Origin: Spirochaetaceae bacterium
GTDB lineage: Bacteria > Myxococcota_A > UBA9160 > UBA4427
Assembly: GCA_020632655.1 (NCBI GenBank)
Contig: JACKFD010000009.1
Coordinates: 6,945-70,944 of the forward strand
Reading direction: 5' to 3'
Length of the DNA stretch: 64,000 nt
A program made the position numbers and the translations under genes. Under the pieces are notes generated by a model, which saw only the letters and a list, made by a program, of their open reading frames with translations, was not told the DNA's origin and ran no database searches. Positions 24,489 to 32,356 of this stretch are shown in pieces; the stretch's first letter is position 1, and every line of letters starts with the position of its first letter.

Positions 24489-24962
24489 TCAGAGCGCTGC
24501 GAGGATGGCCTCTGCGCTGCTGACCTCGAACTTCATCGGCGCCTCGACGGCGAGCTTCGTGACCGTGCCGTCCTCGACGATCGCCGCGAAGCGCTGGCAG
24601 CGCAGGCCGAAGCCGATGCCCGAGCCATCGAAGTCGAGCCCGAGGGCCTTCGAGAAGGTGCCGTTGCCGTCGGCGACCAGACGGACCTTGTCCCCGACCC
24701 CGAGCGCCTCGCCCCAGGCCTTCATCACGAAGGCGTCGTTCACGGACAGGCAGACGATCTCGTCCACGCCCTTCGCGCGGATCGCGTCGGCGTGCTCGAC
24801 GAAGCCCGGCAGATGCTTGTTCGAGCAGGTCGGCGTGAAGGCACCGGGTACTGCGAAGAGGACGACCTTGCGGCCTCGAAAGATGTCGTCCGTGCCGACA
24901 TCGGACATGTCCGTCGCCTTGACCGTGACGGACGGGATCTTGTCGCCTTCCTGAATGGCCAT
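24489..24962 (-). CDS. Peroxiredoxin, Prx5 (atypical 2-Cys/1-Cys) subfamily
   Basis: 'KVVLFAVPGAFTPTCSNKHLPGFVEHADAIRAKGVDEIVCLSVNDAFVMKAWG' contains the PGAFTPTC peroxidatic-Cys motif. Confidence 0.92.
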   Translation of the reverse strand: MAIQEGDKIPSVTVKATDMSDVGTDDIFRGRKVVLFAVPGAFTPTCSNKHLPGFVEHADAIRAKGVDEIVCLSVNDAFVMKAWGEALGVGDKVRLVADGNGTFSKALGLDFDGSGIGFGLRCQRFAAIVEDGTVTKLAVEAPMKFEVSSAEAILAAL

Positions 24963-25225
24963 GCCGCGCTTCCTCCTGCGATGGTGCGGTTGCCGGGACC
25001 GATGCGGGCCCGAGCGGACGAACCATAGGGAAGATCGGGCGTCGTGGCGTTCCGTCGGTGCGGCTTGCGGTGCCCTGGGCTCCGGGCCCGGGCATCGGCG
25101 CCGATTGAGCCCGTCGGGTCGCTGGCATAGGCTCTGCGGGCTGCCGGCGACCGGTGGCCGCGGGCCCGGGACGTGTCGCCGACGAGCCCGGTCCGCGCGT
25201 CCCGGTGAGACGATTGGAGGAATCG

Positions 25226-25711
25226 ATGAGTCAGGCCCGCACGCCCGCTTCCCTCGCCGACCTCGGTCTGCCGCGGATCGATCAGGTCGGCTTCGTGGTG
25301 CGGTCGATCGCGGAGGCGCGCGAGCGCTACGGCCCCCTCTTCGGGCCCTGGCACGAGATGGACGGGTCGGTGCAGGCCGCCGACTACCGCGGTCGCAAGG
25401 CCGACGTCGAGCTGGCGATCCTCTTCGGACACTCGGGCGACGTCGAGATGGAATTCATCGAGTGGCGCGGCGGCGAGAGCCCCCATCGCGAGTTCATCGA
25501 GCAGGGACGCGAGGGCATGCACCACCTGCGCTACCGGGTCGACGACGCCGACGCATGGATCGCCCGCCTGGCGCCGCTCGGTTATGCGCCGATCTGGTAC
25601 AAGGTCTTCTCCGCGGACACGGTCTTCGCCTACCTCGAGCGTCCCGGCGACCCGCTGCTGATCGAGTTCCTGCAGATGCCCCCCGGCGGTCCGGGCACCA
25701 GCGGCGACTGA
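25226..25711 (+). CDS. VOC (glyoxalase/bleomycin-resistance/dioxygenase) family protein
   Basis: Track ORF 25154..25711, with ATG 25226 after GGAGGAA. 'IDQVGFVVRSIAEARERY' ... 'GMHHLRYRVDD.DAWIARL'. Confidence 0.8.
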   Translation: MSQARTPASLADLGLPRIDQVGFVVRSIAEARERYGPLFGPWHEMDGSVQAADYRGRKADVELAILFGHSGDVEMEFIEWRGGESPHREFIEQGREGMHHLRYRVDDADAWIARLAPLGYAPIWYKVFSADTVFAYLERPGDPLLIEFLQMPPGGPGTSGD

Positions 25712-25720
25712 GCCGCCCGT

Positions 25721-27007
25721 TCAGTCCTCGTCGGCCATCGCGCGCTCCTCGCGCTTCAGGCCGAAGGCGGCGTCGAGCGCGCCGCGATCGCTGCCCGCGG
25801 CGGAGAGCGACTCGGGCAGGTGCTCCGCGAGGGCCTCGAGCAGGCGATCGAGGTCGTCGAGGGTGTGATGCCGCGTGACGCCGAAGCGGATCCCGGTGCG
25901 ATCCTGTGGCACGGCGGGAAAAAGCGCACAGCTCGGGAGCAGTCCGTCGCGAAGCAGCGCCGACGCGAGCGCCGTCGAGGCAGCCTGCGGGCCGACGCCG
26001 ACGAAGCGGATCGGTACGACGCGCTCGCGGTGCAGCAGCGGCAGGTCGAGCTCCGCCGCACGTCGGTTCACGTGCTCGATCCGCGCGCGGAGCTCGCTTT
26101 GCAGTCGGGGCAGCTCGTCGGAGAGATGCAGCCGAGCGGATGCGACCGCGGCGCCGAGCATGGGGGGCTGGAGCGGTCCGGAGAAGTTGGTCGGGGCGGA
26201 GACGTGCCGCACACGCCGCCGCCAGGCCTCGTTCGGAAATACGAGGGCTGCGCCCCCGGCTGCGAAGGACTTGTTGAGCGACAGCGCCACGACGACCCGG
26301 TCGTGACCCGCCAGCCGATCGAGCGCGTGCCCCCGCCCGAAGCGCCCGGTCCAGCCCGTGCCATGCGCGTCGTCGACGTAGAGATGCAGCCTCGGATGGC
26401 GGTCGAGGAGCCAGGCGAGGGCCTCCACGTCGACCGGATCCCCGTGCATGCTGTAGATGCCGTCGACCAGCAGCCAGACGCGCTCCGTCGAGTCGGCGTG
26501 CTCGCGGAGCGCGTCCTCGAGCGCGTCGAGGCGCGCGTGGGGGAGTCGCGTGACCGGGATGCCGAGCTGCGCGAAGGTCGGCGCGACGGCCTGCACCGAC
26601 ATGTGCACCTGCTGGTCGAGCAGCACGGCATCCCCGGGCTCGACGAGCGAGGGCAACGCCGCCGCGGTCGCGAGCGTCGTCGTCGGGAGCACGAGCACGG
26701 GCGAGCCGGCGATCTCTTCGAGCAGGGCCTCGAGCTCGGCGTAGGGCGGAGCCGAGACGAACGCCCGGGACATCGAGAACTGCGTGCCGAAGCGCCGCGT
26801 CGCCGCGACGGCGCCCTCGATCAGCCGCTCGTCGTGCTCGAGGCCGAGATAGCTGCAGGAGCAGAAGTTGAGCAGCGAGCGTCCGGCGACCCGCACGGTC
26901 CGCCCGTCGAGCAGCTCGTCTTCCGCATCGAGCAAGCCCACGCCGAGCTCCCGGGCGAGGGAGCCGACCGCGTCACAGGCGTCGAAGAGGGTTCGAAGGG
27001 GATGCAT
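25721..27007 (-). CDS. PLP-dependent alpha-oxoamine synthase family enzyme (BioF/KBL/SPT/CqsA superfamily); substrate unknown
   Basis: Part of track ORF 25721..29017, with ATG 27007. Motifs: 'LLNFCSCSYLGLEHDERL', 'LLVDGIYSMHGD', 'LYVDDAHGTGWTGRFGRG', and the Schiff-base Lys context 'VVALSLNKSFAAGGAALVF'. No bio or sphingolipid genes are nearby. Confidence 0.85.
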   Translation of the reverse strand: MHPLRTLFDACDAVGSLARELGVGLLDAEDELLDGRTVRVAGRSLLNFCSCSYLGLEHDERLIEGAVAATRRFGTQFSMSRAFVSAPPYAELEALLEEIAGSPVLVLPTTTLATAAALPSLVEPGDAVLLDQQVHMSVQAVAPTFAQLGIPVTRLPHARLDALEDALREHADSTERVWLLVDGIYSMHGDPVDVEALAWLLDRHPRLHLYVDDAHGTGWTGRFGRGHALDRLAGHDRVVVALSLNKSFAAGGAALVFPNEAWRRRVRHVSAPTNFSGPLQPPMLGAAVASARLHLSDELPRLQSELRARIEHVNRRAAELDLPLLHRERVVPIRFVGVGPQAASTALASALLRDGLLPSCALFPAVPQDRTGIRFGVTRHHTLDDLDRLLEALAEHLPESLSAAGSDRGALDAAFGLKREERAMADED

Positions 27008-27144
27008 GACGGAGGGGCCTGCACGCAGCGGGCGTCCCGCTCCGTTCGGCGCCGGGCCGGCTCGGGAGCGTGACGGCCGACACGGGACCGCTCTCGGGAT
27101 CGGCCGAACCAACGCGCCCTTCCGCTTCCGCGCGAGCCCTCCGC

Positions 27145-28731
27145 CTACACGCGGATTGCGTCGTCGACGCCGGGATCCAGGAGCGGCAGACAGAGTCGTA
27201 CGAGCACGCGTCGGGCATGATCGTGGGGCGCCTCGAGATCGGTCACGAGCAATCCCTCGTCCGCGTCCTCGAGGAGCCGCCGCAGCGGCGTCAGTCTCTC
27301 CGCCTCGACCGGGTACGCTTCGGCGACCAGCCGGATCTCGACGGACGTGGGCGGCGAATCGTCCCGGTCGCCCGTGGTCAGCGCACGCACCTCGAGCCGC
27401 ACCGGTCCCTCCGCCAGCTCCTCGAGCATCGCCGTCGCCCGCAGCAGCAGCGCGCGCAGCGACTCGACGTCGAAGCAGGCGAAGAGGGGCTTCGGCGCGT
27501 CGTCGAGCCCGACCGCGACCGCCGCGGGGCCGAGCTCGTCGACGACCCGTGCGAGGAAGCCGAGCAGGTCGAGACTCGCGATGCCTTGCTCCGCTCCGCC
27601 CTCCCCGCTTCCGGCCCCCGTGATCAGCCGGTCGAGCCGAGCGGAGAGCGCCTGCCAGTCGCGCGCATCCTCCGACAGCAGGTCGAGCAGATGGGCTGCG
27701 AGGGCCTTCGAGCCGCCGTACTCGAGCGCGAAGGCGACCCAGGGCAGCATCCAGTCGAGCGAGGCGGCGAGATCGGCATCTCCGGCCGTCCAGACCTGCA
27801 GTCGTCCGATCACGCGGTCTCCGATGCGGAGGGTGGCCTCTCGCACCGGCGGTCCGACGCAGTCCCCGCACTCGACGGCGCGCGAGGGGTCGCTCTCGGG
27901 ACCACGTCGCGTGAGCCGGACCCCCTGCGCACCGAGACGCCGCTCGAGCAGTCGGCACAGCGTCTCCTGCAGCGAGGGCAGGTCGCGTGGCGGTCCGGCC
28001 ACGAGCAGCGTGCCCAGCTCGTTCAGCCCGTCGAAGGAAGCCGTCTGTCGGCGCAGTCGCTCGCGCAGGGCCGCGATCCGCCGCTCGGAGTCGATCAGCC
28101 GCTCCTCCGCAAAGGCGGCGTCTTCGAGCTCGCGCCCGAGCCGCCTCGCCGGTCCGCGCGGTGCGCTCCGCAGACGCAGCCCGTGCCAGCCCGTCCGACC
28201 CGGGGGCGGCGTGATCAGGAACTCGCCCTCCCGCCCATCCTGCTCGAGCGAGACCAGCGCGTCGGGCTGTCCGAGAAGTCGAGGCATGGCACGGAGCGTG
28301 CCGCGCAGGCCCGCGAAGAACTCGGGACACGCGGGGTGCTCCGGGAGGATCCGCACGACCTCGCGCAGCCGACCGTCGGGCAGTCGCTCGCACGTTCCGG
28401 CGGTGCCGCGGAAGACGAAGGGCCCCCACCATCGCGGCGCCAGGGTGAAGAGCGTGCGCGAGTCGCGCAGCCGTGGCAGGAACCGACGAATCGGACCCGG
28501 CACGCCATCGAGGGTCGCCGCTGCAGCCAGCTCCTCGAGCGTGTCCTCGCCGAGCATCTTGGAGGCGCGGCGTGCGAAGCCCGCGAACTCCGACCACGGC
28601 ACGCGCCCCCAGCGGTTCTCGAAGGCCTCGAGCCGGAGCCCGAGCCCCTCGACGAGCTGCTGGGGATCGAGCCCGCGCGCCCGGGTCGCTGCCACGATCG
28701 GCGCGCTGCACAGACCGGACACATCCGACAT
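27145..28731 (-). CDS. Soluble multidomain sensor-like protein: DUF2378/H-NOX-like N-domain, coiled coil, GAF-like middle, degenerate kinase-like C-domain
   Basis: This is the longest ORF here with a protein-like (Leu/Ala/Glu) composition; the opposing 798-aa ORF is Arg/Gln/Pro-rich. The N-terminus 'GLDPQQLVEGLGLRLEAFENRWGRVPWSEFAGFARRASKMLGED' resembles the Myxococcus TIGR02265/DUF2378 family (from memory). The coiled coil is 'ERRIAALRERLRRQ'. I see no TM segment and no clear H-box, N-box or G-box. Confidence 0.55.
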   Translation of the reverse strand: MSDVSGLCSAPIVAATRARGLDPQQLVEGLGLRLEAFENRWGRVPWSEFAGFARRASKMLGEDTLEELAAAATLDGVPGPIRRFLPRLRDSRTLFTLAPRWWGPFVFRGTAGTCERLPDGRLREVVRILPEHPACPEFFAGLRGTLRAMPRLLGQPDALVSLEQDGREGEFLITPPPGRTGWHGLRLRSAPRGPARRLGRELEDAAFAEERLIDSERRIAALRERLRRQTASFDGLNELGTLLVAGPPRDLPSLQETLCRLLERRLGAQGVRLTRRGPESDPSRAVECGDCVGPPVREATLRIGDRVIGRLQVWTAGDADLAASLDWMLPWVAFALEYGGSKALAAHLLDLLSEDARDWQALSARLDRLITGAGSGEGGAEQGIASLDLLGFLARVVDELGPAAVAVGLDDAPKPLFACFDVESLRALLLRATAMLEELAEGPVRLEVRALTTGDRDDSPPTSVEIRLVAEAYPVEAERLTPLRRLLEDADEGLLVTDLEAPHDHARRVLVRLCLPLLDPGVDDAIRV

Positions 28732-29202
28732 CGCCGCACCCTCCTGCGAGTGTCCCGGGTCGCGAGTCTACGCCGCCGGGCTCGCGAGCGACACGGTGGG
28801 GCCGGCTTCCCCTGCCCTGGAAAATCTGGTAAATCGCCCGAACGGTTCGCATCGCAGAGCGGAAGGGGAGCCGGCCAGGGCGGCCTGGCCCCAGGCCACT
28901 CGAGGCGATGCCCCGATCAGAGGAATCCTCGCCCGGACGGCCGCCAGCGGGCCCGCTCGCCCGCACGCATCGCGCAGTCCGATCCGGGTCCGCCTGGTCC
29001 CTCCATCCCGCACTCACGACGACCCGACGGATCGCCCTGCTTCGTGCGCGGCGAGTTCGGCGATGCGTCCGCCGATCGCGGTCGCAGTGCTCCCGCCGCG
29101 GTCGCCGTCGCGAGGTGCGCCGTGAGCGCCCGGGTGGCCGGGTGCACGGGTGGACGGCTCGCGGTCCGGCATGCGAGGAGGGTGTGGACGAGGAGGCGCG
29201 GC

Positions 29203-29466
29203 ATGGACGAGGAGCGAGCCGAGTCGCTGGTCGACGACTTCGACCGGCTCATGGAGCTGCACGAGGAGTACGCGGACGCGGTCGAGTCCGACGATGCGGA
29301 GACGCGTGAGCTCTGGGAGTCGCTGGATCAGCAGATGAGCGCACTCGCGCGGCGCATCGCGCGTCTGCGCGACGGCGGATCGGCGAGCAAGTCGCAGCTC
29401 GACGACCTCGAAGCGGTCATCGAGGAGCTCGACGAGGCCTACAGCGAGCTCGCCGACCGCCTCTAG
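29203..29466 (+). CDS. Small acidic coiled-coil protein (87 aa)
   Basis: This is the tail of track ORF 27070..29466, with ATG 29203 lying 7 nt after AGGAGG. 'MDEERAESLVDDFDRLMELHEEYADAVESDDAETRELWESLDQQMSALARRIARL...LDDLEAVIEELDEAYSELADRL'. Confidence 0.5.
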   Translation: MDEERAESLVDDFDRLMELHEEYADAVESDDAETRELWESLDQQMSALARRIARLRDGGSASKSQLDDLEAVIEELDEAYSELADRL

Positions 29467-29690
29467 CGCACACGTCCTGCGGGCGGGCTGCACGGCCCCT
29501 CGTCGGTACCGGTGGGTGGCGCGGATCGGCAGGCTCGGCGCCAGGCTGCGGCCGCCGGAACGGATTCGCCGAGGGGCGCAGATGCGCCGGTCGGGTCCAA
29601 TCCGGATTCCGACTCAACTTTTCGCCTGAGCGGTCGACAAGGGGGCGTTGCGCGCCGTGGGGGGACCGCGCGAGCCAGGAGACCGCTCGC

Positions 29691-30470
29691 ATGCGTCACT
29701 TCTCGCTACCCGCCCTGTCCGCCGGGCTCTTCGCCGGTCTGCTCTCGTGGACGGGCCTCGCAGCCGCCGCGGAGTTCCCGCTCGACGTCGAGCTCCGCAC
29801 CGCGCGCACCGCCGCCTTCGGCAGCGTCGTCGTCGAGGCCGAGACGGACGGAAGTCTGCTCTTCGAGGTACGCGTCGACCCCGCAGTGGTGGGTGATCGC
29901 GCGGATCTCGATGCCCTGCACTTCAACCTCGCCGAGGACGTCGAGGGGCTCACGCTCGAGACCCTCGACGCGGTTCGTCGTCCCTACCGACTCGAGCCGG
30001 TCACGCCGCGCTGGGGCGCGCGGGGTGCCGACGGTGCGCGCTTCGATTGGCGCGTCGATCTCGACGATCGGCGATCGGGCCGATGGATGCGACGCCGTGG
30101 CCGCCATCATCCGGCCCACCACGGCCTCGTCGACGAGCGGCTGCAGACCGTCCACTTCCGGCTGCGCGCGGACCGTCCCCTCGACCTCGAGGATCTGCTG
30201 CCCGTCTCGATGACGCATTCGGGTGTCACCGTGCACATGGCCGCCCGGCTCGACCACGGCGTCTTCGAGGACGAACGGCTCTGCGCGATCGCGGGCGCCC
30301 TCGATCCGGCCTCGCTGCCGGCCCCGGAGCCCGAGCCCGAGCCGACGCCCGAGCCCCCGCCGCCGGACGACACGGTGCCGAACCCGGGCGACGTGCCCCC
30401 GGCGCCTCCCGGCTGCACCTGGGTGATCGATCTCTTCACCGGCCAGCCGACCGTGCTCGAGTGCGGATGA
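29691..30470 (+). CDS. Secreted hypothetical protein with a Pro/Glu linker and a Cys-bracketed C-terminal peptide
   Basis: The signal peptide is 'MRHFSLPALSAGLFAGLLSWTGLAAAAE'. The linker is 'PAPEPEPEPTPEPPPPDD' and the C-terminus is 'GCTWVIDLFTGQPTVLECG'. I recognise no family. Confidence 0.5.
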   Translation: MRHFSLPALSAGLFAGLLSWTGLAAAAEFPLDVELRTARTAAFGSVVVEAETDGSLLFEVRVDPAVVGDRADLDALHFNLAEDVEGLTLETLDAVRRPYRLEPVTPRWGARGADGARFDWRVDLDDRRSGRWMRRRGRHHPAHHGLVDERLQTVHFRLRADRPLDLEDLLPVSMTHSGVTVHMAARLDHGVFEDERLCAIAGALDPASLPAPEPEPEPTPEPPPPDDTVPNPGDVPPAPPGCTWVIDLFTGQPTVLECG

Positions 30471-30520
30471 CGCGGCCGACGACGACCCCGGTCGTGTGAT
30501 GGGTGCTCCGATCCGGGTCG

Positions 30521-30550
30521 GGCGCGCGTGACTCTCGAGTCGCGCGCGCC
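30521..30550. terminator. Long GC hairpin between convergent genes (candidate bidirectional intrinsic terminator)
   Basis: 'GGCGCGCGTGACTCtcGAGTCGCGCGCGCC' forms a stem of about 13-14 bp with one G-T pair. On the plus strand it is followed by 'TTGCTCGTT'. Confidence 0.4.
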
Positions 30551-30584
30551 TTGCTCGTTCGGGTCCCGCGCTCCGGCTGGCTCC

Positions 30585-31208
30585 TCAGCGTGCGCCGGCG
30601 CGCCACGTCAATCGGCTCGAAGCCACGATGAGGGCGAGCGCGAGCGCCACGAGTGCCCAGGGAAGCGTCGCGCCGGAGACCGCTGGCGGCGGCGTCACGC
30701 TCCCCTCGTCCCCGGCGAAATTCGTCGGCGAGTTCGTCGCGACGGAGAGCGTCATGGTCGCGAGATCGCGATGCAGGGAGAGCACGCCGTCGGTCGGCAG
30801 CGCGCCCGGCGCCAGCACGAGCTGATCGGTGAAGGCCCGGTAGCCGAGCGTGTCGCCCTCCGGATCGAAGAACCCGTCGGGCATGATGTAGTCGGGGGTC
30901 GGTGCGCCCGGCAGGTCGGCGAACCCCTGGGTCGCGATCAGCAGCCAGCGGAAGGCGGTGGGGCCCGTCAGGTGGTTCGGGAAGGCGTAGGTCGCCGTGT
31001 TGCTGGTGATCGACGTCGAGGCCATGCGGGTCTCGACGTCGCTGCCGCAGCATTCCTGCATCTCGATGAACTGCAGGGTGCCGTCGGCGTTGCTGTAGAT
31101 TTCCGTGAATCGCCAGAGATGGTTCTTGGCCGAGACCGCCGTCGGCACGAGCAGCACGATCGCGAGCCATCCGAGCCAGACCGTGACGTGTCGGGTCGAC
31201 TGCGACAT
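30585..31208 (-). CDS. Secreted lamin-tail-domain-like protein with a C-terminal TM helix and basic tail
   Basis: Part of track ORF 30585..31547, with ATG 31208. The signal is 'VTVWLGWLAIVLLVPTAVSA'. 'FTEIYSNADGTLQFIEMQ' is LTD-like. The C-terminus is 'TPPPAVSGATLPWALVALALALIVASSRLTWRAGAR'. Confidence 0.5.
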   Translation of the reverse strand: MSQSTRHVTVWLGWLAIVLLVPTAVSAKNHLWRFTEIYSNADGTLQFIEMQECCGSDVETRMASTSITSNTATYAFPNHLTGPTAFRWLLIATQGFADLPGAPTPDYIMPDGFFDPEGDTLGYRAFTDQLVLAPGALPTDGVLSLHRDLATMTLSVATNSPTNFAGDEGSVTPPPAVSGATLPWALVALALALIVASSRLTWRAGAR

Positions 31209-31249
31209 GAAGCGAGACTGACATACTCCATCCCAGGACGACAAGCGGA

Positions 31250-32356
31250 ATGCGCAGCGTGCTCCGCCGACGACGACGAGGGAGGATCGGGCGCCAACCC
31301 GCCGTCGTGATCGCGACGGTCGTCGCCGCGATCGGGTGCGGGGCGCCCGAGCCCCTTCCGGCCCATCGCATCGCCTCCCTCTCGCCTCGGGGCACGCGGA
31401 TGCTCGAGCGACTGGGGCTCGAGGCCTCGATCGTCGCGGCGGACCCGGCGAGCCGGGCCCGACTACCGCATCCCGTGTCGGTCGTCCGGGGGCTCGCTGA
31501 CGTGTCGCCCCATCGCCCGACGCTGGTGCTGCTCCCGGAGCCACCACGCGAAGAGGATCCGGCCGCGAACGGACTGCTGGATCGGGGCGTCCCCTTCGTC
31601 GTCACGTCGCCCCACGATCTCGAGGAGGCGCTCGCGCTCTACGAGCAGCTCGGTGCGTGGCTCGAGGAGGACGGGCGGGGCCGTCGCGTCGCAAGCGAGG
31701 TGGCCGCGCCATTCCTCGCCCGGGGCAGCGCCCTGCTGGCGCGGAGTCGCCCCTGCCTGGCGATCGTGGTCGGCGCGGACCCGCTCGTGCTGGCCGGTGG
31801 CCACAGCTTCGAGACGGATCTGCTCCAGGCACTCGGCGCCGAGTCGGTGACGCATCCGGGCGAGTCGTGGCGCGAATCGATGAGCGCCGAGGCGCTGCGT
31901 GCCCTTGCCCCCGATCTCGTGGTCGTCGCGGTCGAGCCGGGGCATTCCGAGCCCGCGGCGAGCAGCTTGGGGGCGAAGCTCGCCCCCCTGCCCGTCCGGC
32001 AGGCGACGCTCGACATCGACGCCCTCTGGCTCGCCGATCCGACGGACACGCTCCGGGTGCTGGGTCCGTTCGTCGAGCTCGGCCGAAGTCTTCGCTCGCA
32101 GGCGGCCGAGCCGCCCCGGAACTGCGCCCTGCCCGGCGCCAGCGGTCGTCCCGGCGAGTCGACGGCGCCGGCCGCCAACGCCGGGGGCGCACGCGATCCA
32201 GTTCCAGATCCAACATCGACGTCGCGCCCCGTCCTCGACGGGACCGCGGTCGGTCAGTCGGCCCGGGCGGCCACCTCGGCGCGCAGCTGGAGTGCGCCGA
32301 CGCCACCGGCCCAGTCCACCAGTCGGAAGCGCTCGCCCGACTCGATCCACTCGTAG
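31250..32356 (+). CDS. Periplasmic substrate-binding protein (BtuF/FhuD-like Peripla_BP_2 type), possible lipoprotein
   Basis: The signal is 'RRRRRGRIGRQPAVVIATVVAAIGCG'. 'IASLSPRGTRMLERLGLEASIVA' and 'DLVVVAVEP' match the class-III SBP pattern. The last roughly 90 aa are low-complexity and overlap the convergent gene, so the true C-terminus or frame there is doubtful. Confidence 0.55.
   Translation: MRSVLRRRRRGRIGRQPAVVIATVVAAIGCGAPEPLPAHRIASLSPRGTRMLERLGLEASIVAADPASRARLPHPVSVVRGLADVSPHRPTLVLLPEPPREEDPAANGLLDRGVPFVVTSPHDLEEALALYEQLGAWLEEDGRGRRVASEVAAPFLARGSALLARSRPCLAIVVGADPLVLAGGHSFETDLLQALGAESVTHPGESWRESMSAEALRALAPDLVVVAVEPGHSEPAASSLGAKLAPLPVRQATLDIDALWLADPTDTLRVLGPFVELGRSLRSQAAEPPRNCALPGASGRPGESTAPAANAGGARDPVPDPTSTSRPVLDGTAVGQSARAATSARSWSAPTPPAQSTSRKRSPDSIHS

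Noticed and set aside
25123-25137. Sigma-54-like -24/-12 element 'TGGCATAGGCTCTGC', about 88 nt upstream of the VOC gene
   Set aside because: The GG-N10-GC spacing is correct, but the match to the TGGCAC-N5-TTGCW consensus is partial. Matches of this quality are expected by chance a few times in 128 kb of G+C-rich two-strand sequence. The only bEBP-like protein in the window lacks GAFTGA.
27070-29466. 798-aa plus-strand ORF spanning the sensor-like gene region
   Set aside because: Most of it is antisense to the better-composed 528-aa ORF. I accepted only its last 87 codons (29203..29466). These have their own AGGAGG-ATG start and a coherent acidic coiled-coil sequence, and they lie beyond the minus-strand gene's start.
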